Shown here piece after piece: positions 27,245 through 41,600 of a stretch of 64,000 nt of DNA. This DNA is from Callorhinchus milii (Eukaryota): the NCBI RefSeq assembly GCF_018977255.1, contig NW_024704742.1:66218001-66282000 (forward strand), written 5' to 3'. The notes under the pieces were generated by a model. It saw only the letters and a program-made list of their open reading frames with translations. It ran no database searches and was not told the DNA's origin. Every line of letters begins with the position of its first letter. Positions within the stretch are counted from its first letter, which is position 1. A program made the translations under genes and the position numbers.

Positions 27245-27790
27245 TGCTGTTTGTTCATGCCTTCATCGCATCCAGGCTCGACTACGCAAATGCCCTGCTT
27301 GTCGGCCTTCCCAACTCCTCCCTCCACAGGCTGCAGATAATCCAGAACTCTGCAGCCCGTGTCCTCTCCCGCACCAAACTCCGTGACCCCATCTCCCCCG
27401 ACTCCATTGGCTCCCTATCCTTCAGAGGATCCAGTTCAAGATCTTGGTCCTACAAAGCCCCCCCATGGCCTCACCCCACCCTACCTCTGGGACCTCCTAA
27501 CCCCCTATCAACTAACCTTCCCTCCGCTCAGCTGACTCTGGCCTGCTCCACCATTGGCGGGAAAACCGTCAGTCACTCTGCCCCCAACCTCTGGAATTCC
27601 ATCCCCAATCACTCCGCCTCACTCCCTCCTTAGCCTCCTTCAAGTCCCGCCTCAAGACTCTCTTCTTCGACGATGCCATTGGTGACCCCCGATAACCCCC
27701 GATGACCAGGTCTGAAATGCTGTACTCTGTCCAGTGCCTTGGGACGTCCTCCTGACGTGAAAGGCGCTATACAAATGTAATCTTACTGTT
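27245..27790 (+). mobile_element. L2 3' fragment
   Basis: HAFIASRLDYANALLVGLP..IQNSAAR; L2 tail. Confidence 0.88.
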
Positions 27791-28398
27791 TTAGCTGACT
27801 TAGCTCCAGCAGTACCCAATGTGCAGTGTTGTCCTCAACCCTCGGCTCTTGCCAACCTATGCATAATATTCTCTGGAATTAGGTAAACAGGATGCATCCA
27901 ACCAGTGTGTATTCCATTCCAGACATAAATTTCCATGTGTAGTTGGCACACATATGTAGAACTCAGCTTGAATACTCTTGAAAGCATGGTGATGTGCTGC
28001 ATGTGTCAGATCAAAACAAAGTTATAAAACGAGACTTGATATGATCATACAGAGCAAATGAAATCTGCAGGAGTCCTACTCACAGTATGTCCTCGTGTTC
28101 TGAATGTGTATTCTCTATATAAAAAAAACACAAAATGCTCTGCACAGAAAGTGACACAGAAAGTCACTGTTACTGCAGTTTTCCTAAAACACTTTTGTTC
28201 ACTGCACTTTCCAACTCATTCCCATATCCTCATTATCTCAGCGTCTGAATGTCTGGCATTAGGAAAACCATAAAAAAAAGGTTAATTTAATATTCCATTC
28301 AGCTTGGTCCCTTTTCTCCAATAACAGCAATTTAATGAAAAGCCCCAAATAGTCAGCCACAGAGACATCACAAGCTTATAGAGATGGATTAATCTGTA

Positions 28399-28572
28399 CA
28401 GTAAAACTTGCATAAATCTGATGTATAAATCGTACAATCGCCCAAGTCATACATCTATCTGCCCAAGTCCCATTCTAGAGTTTATATTCTCTGCAGGTTT
28501 GACATAACTGATACTTTGCATAAGTCATATTAAATGTATGGTCCCAACTGATGAGACTTGTGAGATTTACTG
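28399..28572. mobile_element. Tigger/pogo-like MITE
   Basis: TA|CAGTAAAACT...AGATTTACTG|TA: terminal inverted repeats with TA target duplication, 174 bp. Confidence 0.65.
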
Positions 28573-28670
28573 TACTCAGCTTCCATTGAATGAGACATTT
28601 GCAGAGTCCTTGTGCCAAGTCAAGCAGGGCTCATGTTGGGAAGTAATAATGGAAAACAGCATAGAATGTG

Positions 28671-28973
28671 CAGTCCTGTAGCTCAGTGGTTAGAGCACTC
28701 GCCTCACAAGCGAGAGACCTGGGTTTGATTCCTGGCAGGGCGAAACCTTGGGCAAGTGTCCTTACTCCACACGCCTAATAATAATCCCTCCAAAAACAAA
28801 ACAATAATAAATTGGTCACTCAATCCACAACTGTTTGTGGGACTCTGCTGTGCGCCATTGGCTCCCCCATTTCACCCACAAAATAAAGTCAATTTAGTTG
28901 ACAGTATATTCTGTGAAGCACTTTGAAATGTCAACAGTGAAACAAGGTGCTATATCAAATGCTAGGATTATAA
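28671..28973 (+). mobile_element. tRNA-derived Deu-type SINE (young family with L2-like tail)
   Basis: tRNA head (gtcctgtagctcagtggttagagcactcgcc...), central tgtgggac..gctgtgcgcaattggct box, tail gcgctatatcaaatgcaaggatta; dozens of fragments across the window. Confidence 0.85.
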
Positions 28974-29444
28974 TTTTTTTAAATAAACCATTTATTAATC
29001 TGCAAGAGGAATTTTATTTTTTAATTGAGCAATCCTGTGGTGTGTTTGCAACATTAGTTTGAAATTTGCCCTTAGCTTAACATTCTTACTCATCAGGCTG
29101 AACAGGTAACCTCAAAGTTACTTACAATTGTAATAATTCTTCCATTTGATATAGTGCCTTATCAATCTTAAGACTCCTCAAAGCGCTTCACAGCATATAC
29201 TGTAAAGTGAAACGCAGCAGCCAATCGCACACAGCAGTGTCTCAAAACAGTGGTGGATTTAGTGACCAATTTGTTATTTTTTTTTGAAGGAATAAGTGAT
29301 CCACCAATTAACTAACAACCAGGTTCCTACTTACTGCTAGGTAAACAGGCATGTGGAATAAGGGAACTTGCCCAACGTTTTGTCTTGTTGGCAATATTGT
29401 AACATTACAGACAAACCTCAGGCTTCGAATGATTGAAATCAAAC

Positions 29445-29450
29445 TTTATT
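29445..29450 (-). terminator. Probable TACC3 polyadenylation signal AATAAA
   Basis: tttatt on the + strand about 85 nt after the stop codon. Confidence 0.65.
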
Positions 29451-29535
29451 TTCTCTAGCATCATTAGCACAAGTACTAAAATAGACATTAGGAGGACGGT
29501 ACAAAGAATTTCTATAAAATTACAAGAAAAAAAAA

Positions 29536-29601
29536 TTAGATCTTCTCCATCTTGGAGATTAGCTCATCGCAGATTTTTGACAGCTCCACATTTTCTTTAG
29601 T
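29536..29601 (-). CDS. TACC3: TACC3 last coding exon ([21 protein letters not shown])
   Basis: TTGCAG| acceptor, conserved C-terminus, TAA at 29538-29536. Confidence 0.96.
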   Translation of the reverse strand, partial: TKENVELSKICDELISKMEKI

Positions 29602-32600
29602 CTGCAACAGAGGGGAGATAGAATTAATTTCTGTGCACTATTTGAAGGCGAACACAATCACACGTTTTAAAATTGGACATGTTCCATGCAAACTGAACAC
29701 ATTTAAAGAGTGTTATCTGCAACAGTTTTAAAGTAATAATTCTTGCATTTGATCTAGTGCCTTTCACATTGGGAGGCATCTGTCTCAATGTGCATCTCAG
29801 GACTGACTGTAAAGTGTGGTGACTATTGTGGATCCATGCGGATGCTAGCGGTCAATCCCATTTCCTTCTAGTCACCCATCACCAATACAAAAATCTAGTC
29901 ACAAGTACACTTCCCCTCTCCAATCCCAGATCCCTCAGCTCCCACCACTAGCTCAGATGACAGTGTCAAGCACTTTGAGATGCCCTTTCAACATGAAAAA
30001 GAGTGCTGAGCCAATGTTATGTTTCTGGAAGGGAAGTGGACTCACGCTCCACTTTGCTGTGCCCACAGATTAGCTCCTCCACTCATCTCTCAACCCTGGG
30101 AAAAATACAACAGGAACTTCTCCCTTTTACAATGTAAACTTAGTCTTGGGCCGTTTTCATAGCTATTGACACTACATCTTGCTTTTAATCCAATCTAGAG
30201 AAGTTTATTGCTTTGTCTGATTTCCACCTGAACCGAGCCAAAGGTTGAACACGTGTTGAGTTAAGATGATCTTAACTGGTGTAACAAGTATTCACCTCAT
30301 TGCCCTTGGGTTAGAAAAGAGGTGGGGAGGGGAAGAGAAAGAGGAAAAAAAATCACACAACTCCAGCAATCTGGAGTAGATAGCCTCACCTTTTCTTCCA
30401 GGCTTCGCTCAATTGAAGTGACTTTCATTTGCTCCTTGCGCAGATGAGCTTGGAGAGCAGCAACCTCAGCCTTATATTTATTCCGCACCTGGGCTATCTC
30501 CTCATTTGCTCTTATTAGGGACAACAATAAACATAAATAGAACTCCAGACAAATTAAAAGCAAACAGTACAGGGAATACATATTGCCCATTAAAATCAAC
30601 ACTTGTTTGGGGTTTTAGGCCTCAAGTCAAGGGACGTCCGCTGGGAAAAGTAACAGCTTCTTCTGCATGGTCTGCTAAACACACATCAGTGTCCACTAAC
30701 ATATAGTATTCCTTGCATTTGATATAGCGCCTTTTCACGGCTTCAAGATGTCTTAAAGCGTTTCAGAAAATATACTGTAGAGTGAATTGATTGTATGTTT
30801 TGTGGGTGAAACAGCAGTCAATTGTGCACAGCAATGCCCGTGTCAGTCACAGATTGAGTGACAAAATTATTATTATCTTATACTTTTCTTTAAAGGAATT
30901 ATTATTACTCCTGGAAATCAGATATCACAAGAGAGAGAGTGCGAAGAGAGGGGGGTGGGGGGAAGAGAGAAAAGGGGACNAAAAACACATATATGAAAAT
31001 TTTTCAGACCTTCGCGTCAGTAACGCCACTATTTTTACAAATAAAATGGTTGATTAAATGGGTAAAAGTTTACTCTGGCCAACGTCAAATAAATCCTTTA
31101 TAAATCAAGGTGACTTTCTTCACCTTCTCTGAAATTTAGCAGCAAAGTGTCAAAATAGGGACAAATGCAGTCCCATGTCCACCATTAATTATTTTTCCCC
31201 ACTGGTGAACAGTAGCAATGGAGCATATGATCACTAAAGAGTTAAAGCAAAGGTTATAAGAGAACATTGAATGTTTTGCCACAAATAGCTATTGAATCTT
31301 TTTAAAATATTTGATAAATGTTTAAATAATAGCATTTGATATAGCACCTTGCCCATCAGGTGGATGCCTCAAAGTGACAGTATTTTGTAGGCAAGTGCAG
31401 AAGCCAATTTACTTCAGTAATAACCTACGAACAGTCAGGCAGGACTGTTATTAGCAGGACCTGGAAGGATAGACCAGTTAGTTCTGGGGGCAGCAACTCT
31501 TCTCACTTGGCTCCTTTTAACCCTGCAATCCAAAGCCCTAATGGGATAGGTGGTCCCAGCTGGACAAGCAGCAGCAAGGCTTGCCAGACAGCAATATCAA
31601 TGGCAAGGTATGCGGTTTTAGCTGGTTAGACTCCAGCAGTTACCCCAACACACACTCTGGGGTCCACAAGCCTTGGCTCTGGACAACCTGCGCCTAATAC
31701 TTTCTAGAATTAGGTAAGCAGGATGCATCCCTCCAGGGAGAGAGTGCGCATTTGATTCCAATAATCTATCTCTAGAATTTTCACATGTAGATGGGATGAA
31801 TGCAATTCTCAGCTTGGTTTGGATTTTTTTTTTTTGAGCATGGGGATGGGTTTTCGCATGTGTCAGACACCAGGCTGAAAAGTGAAAATAGAATTCAAGG
31901 ACACTCACAGGTTCAATTTCTCTTCAGCATGAACTTTCAGTGCTTGATATCTCTGCTCATCTTTCTGAATCCGAGCAAGATAATCCTGGGCGCATTTCTT
32001 TAGGGATTCCTCATTCTAGACCCAATCGGTAAAAGAAATGTGCATATTTTATTGGACAATAACGCAGTTAGTCAACAGATTATTTTAGGTCACATTCAAC
32101 ACAGTTACTATGTTCTACATATCACAAATCAAATCTAACTAGTTTAAAAAAATGTCTTCAGTTTATTGCTTTTTTTACAAGCACATTTCAATCCTAGCCA
32201 TAACTGCAAGGTTCTGGGCACTGTTACAATACAATTTACATTTAAGTAAGGCTTTGTTTCAAAGTGCTTTGTACTGCTGGCTGGGCTTAGTCTAAGCACC
32301 AGGGTAGGAGCTGAAGAAATGAAAACAAAAGAGGCAAGTCTTGAAAGCGGCTTTGGAAGTGGGGATGAAGGGTCAAGTCGGACAGAGTTCCAGAGAGGAG
32401 GGGCCAATGTCTGAAAGTGTTAGCCCCTCTGGACATGAAGCAGGCCGGAAGTGCTCATTGAACAAAGCGTTGGTAGAGTTTCAGGAGGTCGCAGAAGTAA
32501 GGTGGGGTGAGGTCTTGGAGGGATTTAAATGCGAGAATGAGAATCAATTCAATCTGCTGAGGGATGGAGGGCCCGTGTAGCCGAGAAAGCATGGGACAAT

Positions 32601-35600
32601 AGGCTCGTGCCAGAGGGAACATGAACTGCAGAGTTCGGGATATTCTGCAGGTTGTGTAACGTAGGAAACAACAACTTGCAATTATATAGCATCCTTCACA
32701 CAGGGCTGCGTCTCAGAGTGCTTAACAGTGGCGGAGCCAGATGCCAAGCCAGGGGTGGGAGGAGGTGACCTTAAGCACAGCTGAAAAGGAAGGTCTTTAG
32801 TTGTGATTTAAAAGAGGAGGCAAGGAAAAAGGGATCGGACAAGAATTCCAAAGCTTTGGGGTGGAGTGGCTGGAAAGTGCATCCCACCAATGGTGAAGCA
32901 GAGGGGACAAGGGACAAGTAGGGGTCCAGAGCCCACTGAACGGAGGGAGCAGGCAGGTTGGTAGGGAGTCAGCAGGTCAGACAGGTAGGAGGGGGCAAGG
33001 CCTTGGACAAGTGCCGGTCAGGGAATGGATGTGTGGTAGAAAGGAAAGCTGAGGATCGAATCTGATGCCCAAGTTGTGTGTGGGTTCGGAGAGTCTGAGG
33101 GAGAGCAAGGGAGTTTGAGGAGTTCAACGAGCAGGAGAGAAGATGGTTACATACCTTTTTGTACCCCTCAAGTATTTCTTTTTGTTTTTCAAACCTTCTG
33201 AACAATTCAAAATATGACTTTTCCACAGAGTTCAGTTCCTTTAAGGCTTGTAGTTTCTCTTCCGCTACTTTGTTCAGTTTGGATGTGGCCAATTCACTCT
33301 TCTTCTCAGAATCCTCTGAAGATCACACAGAAAGTGCAAGATGTAATGCCACAAAACTGATCACCAAGAATCCTCATTGAAAGTGTCTCTTCTATATATT
33401 TAAACACAATTTGGCACACAGAAACTAGCCACCCGTTTTTAAAAACAGCTGGGGTGTTTAAATTAGATGCTTAAATCTACAAAAACTTGCATTTATATAG
33501 ATCACTTCATGAGGAATAGGGTCTCGGAGTGCTCAATAGTTGGAGGAGCTTGATGCCGAGCCAAAGATAGGGGGAGGTGAACATAGGCACGATCAAAGAG
33601 AAAGGTCTTCAGGTGTGATCTGGAGTCCTGTGGTTAGAGCACTCGCCTCGCAAGCAAGAGACCTGGGTTCTATTCCCAGCAGGATGAAATGTTGGGCAAG
33701 TTTCCTTACTCCACACGCCTCTGTTTACCTAGCAATAAGTAGGAACTCGTTGTTAGGTGATTGGCGGATCGCTTTTACGGGGGTAATAATTCCTTCAAAA
33801 ACAAATAATAAATTGGTCAATCAATCCACAACTGTTTGTGGGATACTGATGTGTGCAATTGGCTGCTGTGTTTCACCAACAAAATATACAGTCTACTAAT
33901 TTTACAGTATACTCTGAAGAGCTTTGAGACGTCTCGAAGAAATAATAAGGCGCTATATCAAATACAAGGATTATTATCTGAAGATGGGTGGAGGGGTGGA
34001 AGGTGGAGGGATTCAGGCAGAATGTTCTAGAGTTCCAGGGCATCGTGGCTGAAAACACTGCTGACAATGATGATGGAGCGGAGGGCATGAGGGGGCAGTG
34101 GTGGAGGCCGGAGTCAGTCTATGGTTACTTCATAGTAAAATATTGCAAAAACACACCCATGATGGGATGCTCATTTAACAGTAAAAACATTAACTCACCA
34201 ATCAACTGAGACATTGTTTCTGAATACTGAGCAACAATCTTTCTGCAACAAAAGGCATGCTGAATATTAGACAAAATGAACAGGCATGAATATGACAGCG
34301 TTGGACAAAGTTTGGTTATCATACAACAAATTACATTTGTGCAGCGCCCCTTCATGTCCAGAGGATGTCCCAAGGTGCTCGACAGTCAGGGATTTGGACC
34401 AAGCAGGGGATTGGGATCGGGAGGGTTGGAGGGCAGAGAGGGTAGGGGGGTGACTGAAGGCACAGTCTTGAGATGTGCCTTGAAGAAAGCAAGGGAGGGG
34501 AGCAAGGCCAAGGGATTTAGTTCAGCCGGGCAGGGGACAGGAAGCATGCTGAGCGAGGGAGTGGACAAATCAATATGGCATTAGCATGTCACAGAGGGAG
34601 GAAGGAGCAATCAATCACATAGAACCTTGTATACTCAGATACTTACTTCATGTCTGCATACGGTTCCAGAATTGCCTCATGCTTTTTTTTCCACTCTGCA
34701 ATATCGCGTTCTTTATCAATGACCTGAAGAAACAAGTTAATGTGTCTTTTCCCACAAAATAAATCATGTTGTATAGAAATGTAATGCAAACAATAATGTG
34801 GGACAAAAATATGGGATTGACAAACAGGTGAAATTTAAATATACCAACAAGTCCTTGAGATTAAGCAACCACAATTTAATTCCATCTATTCTAGAAAACA
34901 ACCATAAGAGGGCTCAAACTTTTTTTTAATAAAAAATAATCCAGTGTCTCCATACAAAACCAGTCTTTGGGGGAACAGAATTATCCCACTCAGCTCTTGT
35001 TAATCCTGCAAATTAAAGCCCTAATGGGTAGGGTGGTCCAAGTTGGAAAAGCAATGGGAAAGTTTGCCAGACAGCATTTTCAATGGCCAGCTATACAGTT
35101 TTAACATAGCTATTCCAGCAGTATCCAACAGACTCTAGGGTCCCCAAGTCTAAACTCTCACCAACCCGTGCCTAATATATTCCGAAATTAGGTAAGTAGG
35201 GAGGTTCTTTTATTTGTGGTTGGAGGGGCATTGGGATCAGCGATTGCTGCATCCCCTTGGCTTGAAGGAGGCAAGGGAGGAAACAAGGTGCATGGAATGT
35301 AGGATGGAGTTCCAGAGGGTGGGGGCAGATGCTGAAGGCCCAACCGCCGATAGCGTGGCAGGGACATAGAGCAAGCCGGAGGCTCCTGAGCAGAGCGAGT
35401 GGACAGGTTGATAGGGGGTTAGCAGATTGGAGAGGTAGGAAGGGGCAAGTTCCACAGAGGGCCTTGAAGGTGAGGACGAGAATTTTGAACTCGATCCTCA
35501 GGGACAGGAAGTCAGTGGAGCCGGGTGAGGGTGGGTGTGATAGGATTATTTGTGCAATCTTTGTTTAACACAAGCAGAGTTATTACTGTGTCAGTGTTTT

Positions 35601-38600
35601 TCAGCACAATTATGGGAGTTAAAAAATTACAACTCCCACACACTGAAGCATTTTATCTGGGACGTTTGACACAGGACAGTCTCAAAAATGTCATCCCCAG
35701 ACTGATTTGCAGCCACAGGGTTAAAAAGCAGATAACAGGAACAACAACTTGCATTTATATAGCATGCATCACACAGGGTAGAATCCCAGAGCACTTGATA
35801 TAAGCAACACAGCAACTACACATCCCATTTGTAGGGCTCTGCTGTTGCCAATCAGTTGGCCTTTGGGTCTTCATTCTGCACCCAGAGGAGCTGGAAGCCA
35901 CTTTTCTGACCTGATAAGAAAACTGCTTTACAGTGCTGGTCACCATTCCCAAAGATAATAGGTCTGCATCAAGCACAACATGGAAAGCATTTGCACACAA
36001 ATGCTGTTCTGAATTCCTTTCTGGGTGGGATCCCAGCACCAGCAGCCTTAGGCTATTTAGAGGCTCCAGTTTGAACTGTTTTTGAAGAGTCACGTAATAA
36101 ACGGCATCAATTTAATCCCTCAACCATAATTGTAAACGGTCGCTGACGGAATATAAATTGTTCAACTACAAATATCTCACCCCTGGAATTCCACCCCCCC
36201 ATTATAATTTCAGGTAGATAATTCTTTACCTCTTGGCGTACAACTTGAATTGCAGCATCCATGTCCTTTTGGCTGTATTTTAGAACTTCAATAATAGCAC
36301 CCTCGGCAGGACCCATGGTGGATATAAAGGCAGCTACAGGATCAACAGAAGCTGGAATATCAGGGACCAGGGTAGAAGTGTTCTAAAAAAAGATTTGTAG
36401 TAAGATATTAACAATAATAATCCTTGCATTTGATATTAGCGCTTTTCACGTCTTCTAGACGTCTCAAAACTCTTCACAGAATATACTGTGAAGTGAATTG
36501 ACTGTATATTTTGTGGGCGAAACATGGCAGCCAATTGCACACAGCAGTGTCCCACAAAGTTATGGATTGAAGTGACCAATTTATTATTGTTTTTTTGAGG
36601 GATTATTATCAGGTGTGTGGAGTAAGGAAACTTACCCAAGGTTTCAACCTGCCGGGAATCGAACCCAGGTCTCTCACTTGCAAAGCGAGTGCTCTAACTA
36701 CTGAGCTACAGGATTCCAAGTAGACATACAACAACTTGCATTTATATAGCACCCTTCACACAGAGTAATGCCCCAGAGCGCTTGACAGAGTCTGACACTC
36801 CATACTATGTTGAAACCAAAGACAGTTCTCATTGAAGAAGACAAAGGAGACTCTGGGATTGAAACACAAAAGTGAAGGGAATGCCGATGAGGAGGAATCT
36901 CTGAGATCCCACTGTTATTACGACAAAACCAAATCTTTCTTTGACAACATCAAGCCGGGGTGGGGGTGGGGAGAGGGAGAGAGTTCTCAGACTTTGAATA
37001 CAGGAAGGACAATAAAGTGACTGCATAGTATACAAGCTGGATATCAAACCGGATTTTAGACCTACCAGGTCCAGAGAATTTGTTTAGTTTAACCTTTTTT
37101 TTTTGACAACGAGAATGAAGGTTTAATTTCCCGTATATTGGTCGCCAGCACTGGGGGAAACAAGCAGCTTGACTTCAGTGGGGGTACAATACACAATGAT
37201 TGTTGTGGAGAAGGACCATCTTTGAGATGTTGAGGATTAAATATTTGTCTGAGTTTATCAGCAGAAGGACAATTCCAAAGAAAGTTCTATTGTATGGTTT
37301 GGATGAGATGGAAACAATACTTCATTGGTGCTCTTGGGTATTCATTGGTGTGAAAGGGTTTTTTACTCCAGAAATTTGCTAATGCTGGAGGGTAATGCTG
37401 TACACTCACTGCAGGGTCATCACTGTGACCTCGTCCAGACCCACTGCCATTCATCTTGAAGGTCTGCAGTGTCATTTTCTCTGTGGAACTCTAAAACTTA
37501 GCTTTACTATAGTAGAAAAATACTTTTTTAGAAAAGGGATCAGAAAATAGTTTTCCTGATGAAGGCGACTGAAAGGCTCCCTCTTGCTGCTGTGAAGGCT
37601 TCTCGCTTGCCAACTATTGACACTAATAACTCAGCTCGTCCCAGTATTATTATATTTTTTGCTTTTGAACAAACTGCAGAGGGAAAAGTACAAGGTTTTT
37701 TTTAAAAATTGCAGTAGAACTTAGGTGAAGACGTACAAATTTAAAATGATCTAAAGAGGAAGAACCTAAATTTCTAGCCATTTGTTGAACTCCGTTCACT
37801 GGTGAACTGTACAGTGTGTAGTCGTGTGTGTAGTCGTGTCCTGGTGACATTGTTACCGAACTACAAAAAAATAATAAATTGGTCACTTCAATTCACGACT
37901 GTTTGTGGGACACTGCTGTGTGCAATTGGCTGCCAAGTTTTTCCCACAAAATATACAGTCAATTCACTTTACAGTATATTCTGTGAAGCGCTTTGAGACA
38001 TCTCAAAGACGTGATGAGGCGCTATATCAAATGCAAGAATTATTATTATTAGATTGCTCCTTGTTCCTTTCCATAAGTACTCTAAACCAAATGATGTTGT
38101 GATCACTGTTGTCTAGATGCTCTCCTACTGAAACCTGCTCCACTTCATTCCCCAAAACTAGATCCAGCACTGCTTCCTTCCTCTTTGGGCTGGAAACATA
38201 CTGATCCAGAAACATTCATCTTTAATAATGAGTTAAGAATCAATCAACAGAGCCTGATAAGAAACGAGGGTGCTCATTTCCCTCACACCCTTCAGCTTAA
38301 TGTCAAAGCAGTCATGAGCCATTACAGAAAGATGCCGTTATGGAATTCTTCACATAACAACTTGCATTTATATAGGACCCTTCACATGAAAACACTCACA
38401 CAAGGAAATAAAAGCTAGAAAATGCCAAGATTACCACGCTTACCCCTCTCTCCTCCCACATATTGTTCTTATACTTTTTGCAACATTTTAAAACAGCAAG
38501 GATAGCAAATTTCTCAATTTGGTTAGTAAATTCAAAGTTTTTTTAAACAATCATGCGATTACAAACAGAAAGTTGACAAATCCCTCTCAACGCTTCAACT

Positions 38601-41600
38601 AAAAAGATTTAGGATTCCCATTGAGTATGGAGTTTAAGCAGCAGCTGCTTGCCTCTCTGCAGGCCAATCAATCTCAACCCTTCAGCTAAAAGGATTTATG
38701 ATTATTATTTAGAAATAGATTTCATCAAAGGAATCTGGTAGAAAATGGGAGGCTAGATAGAGCAATGGTCTACTCCTTCCTGAAATGAAATTACCAATAG
38801 TCCTTCTTCTACAAAAAATAGATTCCCACTGTCGGGATAGTATGTTTTGAGTTATCCCAGTGCTCCCTCAAGACTGTAGGGTCTTGACTTCATGACTGAA
38901 TACCAAAAACAACCATCTGCAGATATGACTTTTAATAGACTGGTCTATTCTACCCTCTGAAGTTAGCTTGGGATTTCAGTCACCATCAATTCCAACTGAA
39001 AAAAGACTGCAAAAGAAGTGGTCTGAATAGTGAGCTGTCCTTGTTCCTGAGGTAACCACAAAATTAAAAAAAAACTGTAGTTGTTTCAGTTACTTACAGT
39101 CATTGTGAATAAGTCCAATTCTTTGTATCTTTCTTCAGATTGATTATCATTGTCAGTCAGTTTGGCATCAACCAAATCCGTGCCTGTACAATGCACAAGG
39201 CTGGAACTGTGGGTAAACAAAGAGCTTTGATCAACATGCAGTTTCTTAAAAGCGTTTTCAAACCAAGTTAGCATCCAATCAAAATATTTCATCAAAAATG
39301 TTGACACCTTCATCTCCAGAAAAGTTTTAGATAAGAACAATGTGCAAGAGAATAACAAAATGGAAGAGTCCATCTGATCGACTGGTTCAATTTACTGAAT
39401 ATCAGTAATATCCTGTCTGATCACTTCTTTCTCATCCTGTCTCCCCCACCACAATTTTAAGTTTATTGAATTCTCTCTTGTAGAATAAGCAAGTATTTAA
39501 TCCCAAAGGGGTTGTTATATTACATGTTTGGTAATTTTAATAAGTTATTGTCACTTTGTGCATGCTCAAAAGAATTAAATGAATCCTCACACAAGCAAGA
39601 AAAGTGCATTTACTAAGAAACAGCAAATTAACATTACCAAGCTATCGCTGAATCAACCAGACTAGGGTTCATCTCCACAAACTTATGTAACTGTTTGACA
39701 GGACTGTCCCGGAGGAGAGGATCGAACTTCAGGTACAGAGACTGTTTTCTTAAAGCAGATGTGTGAAACTGAAAAACAAAATAAAATCTCAGATCCAGGC
39801 AACATTAGTTTAAAGACTTACCTAGGTTCTCCTAAAAAGGTAGAGAACCATTAAATAACATTAGTGCAATAGATTGGGAATTCACTACAAGTAATATTCG
39901 ACAGAACAGCATATTGCAGTTCAGTTTTCTGTGTTCAACTCGCATTGAATTCTCTCCTGAATCCATAAGTGAGCTGTTTTACAAACCTCCAACAATATAA
40001 AGCTTTTAGTAAAGCTACATAAAACAGAAATAAACATTTAAGTCCTAAGAAACTGCCATTATAAATGAGATTATAAATACATTGCAGTACTATGTAGAAA
40101 AGTATTATAAAAGTACTTACTCCATATAAAAATGTAGGCAACATCAATTTAATCTACCACAATTCGACATTAAGAAATTATGTACCTACATTTATACAAT
40201 TACATGAAAGTTGTAATGAAAGTTGGTCCTGAAGCTCGACAATACAATAAACATGCAACTTAGTTTATAGCACTCACCGAAGAACCACCAAATTGTTCCA
40301 GGTAATCAATTTCTATTGGTTGATTAAATGTAGGAACTGGAACAAAATAGCACAGAATTAACTTGAAAACATTTCTTTTTCACAGTGGGATATGTAGTGA
40401 GACAGTATTAGAATGTACATAGAAGGTTCAAGGGCATCTGATGCAAAATATAATAATTCTTTCATTTGATAGTCTTATTTGTGGCTCCGACTTCCTTAAC
40501 CCCCCAGTGTATCCATCACTCACTATACTTCACAACCTAGGCATCAGATTTGATTCCTCAGCCATCCTTTCTACCCCACACCTGATCCCTAACCAGGAAC
40601 ACTTTCCTCCTCCACATCACCTGCCTTCAACCACACCTCACACTCAACTAAGCTGAAACCCTTATTATGCTTTCAGCACCTCCCACCTAGACTTTTCCAA
40701 AGCCCTCCTCGCTGGTCTCTCCGACTCAACCACTCAAAACACAAATACTGCCCATATCATCACTTGTACCGAGCTCTGCATCCCCTATCACCCCAGTCCT
40801 TGCCAGCCTCCACTGCCTCCCTGTAGCAGAACAGATCAATTTAAAGATCCTTACTTTAAAATCACTTACAAATCACTTCATGCCCTAGCATCTTTCCATC
40901 TCTGAAACCTACCTGCACCTTACTCCTCTACCCACCCCCTTTGCTCAGCCCAGCTCCAACCTTCTGCGTAACCGTCAACCCACTATTCCATCATCAGCAG
41001 CCATGCCTTCAGTGACTAAACTCCACCTCAATTCCTTCACCTTGCCTCCTCCTTGCCATCTTCAGGAACTTCAATCACGTTCCCTATCTCAACAACTCAG
41101 CTTCAACCCGACACTATAAAGCGCTCCAAGACGCTACACCGCATGAAAGACTGTATGAATGCAAGTTGTTTCTGCTGAGTGGTCAATTTTGAGCAGAGCC
41201 CAAATTGATGACATCGCCTCCACACAAATCAATGTTCAAACAAAAATCACCACCAACAAGCACAAGTGAAGAAGAGCAAGAATAGGACTATTTCAAAGAA
41301 GCTTTCACTTTCATCAGGCCCATTAAGCTGGTTGCGAGTTCTCATACCTCACTCGATAATCACTCTTTACTGCTTCTATGCATCACTGCAAGCATCATCT
41401 CCCCACACTATAATGATAACACTTGGCAAAGATTGCAAACACTGGTGTGGCAATGCTAGGTTAGTTTAACCATTAACACTGTAGAACTGGTAATTGTTAG
41501 ACCAAAACGCCAAACCAGTGTGCTTGAAAAATTAAATCCAAATCAGAAAGGACAACAATCTATAGTATGGTTGTTATCTATAGGGACATCAGGAATTAGC

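Noticed and set aside
128..28273. Many 60-170 aa ORFs in the intergenic region
   Set aside because: Derived from SINEs, L2/CR1 fragments or low-complexity tracts; no FGFR3 or other host exons recognised.
28671..28745. tRNA-like sequences (also at 6795, 15055-15128, 24156, 36645-36717)
   Set aside because: SINE heads continuous with SINE bodies, not tRNA genes.
30980..30980. Ambiguous base N (another at 61977)
   Set aside because: Assembly ambiguity in introns with no biological meaning.
37067..37475. Minus-strand quasi-ORF with a possible donor, as an alternative TACC3 exon
   Set aside because: Interrupted by stops, with an in-frame TAA just before the donor; no recognisable homology.
37556..37590. 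Hammerhead-like CTGATGA..GAAA motif
   Set aside because: Stem II is only 2 bp, there is no stem I pairing, and there is no Penelope context.
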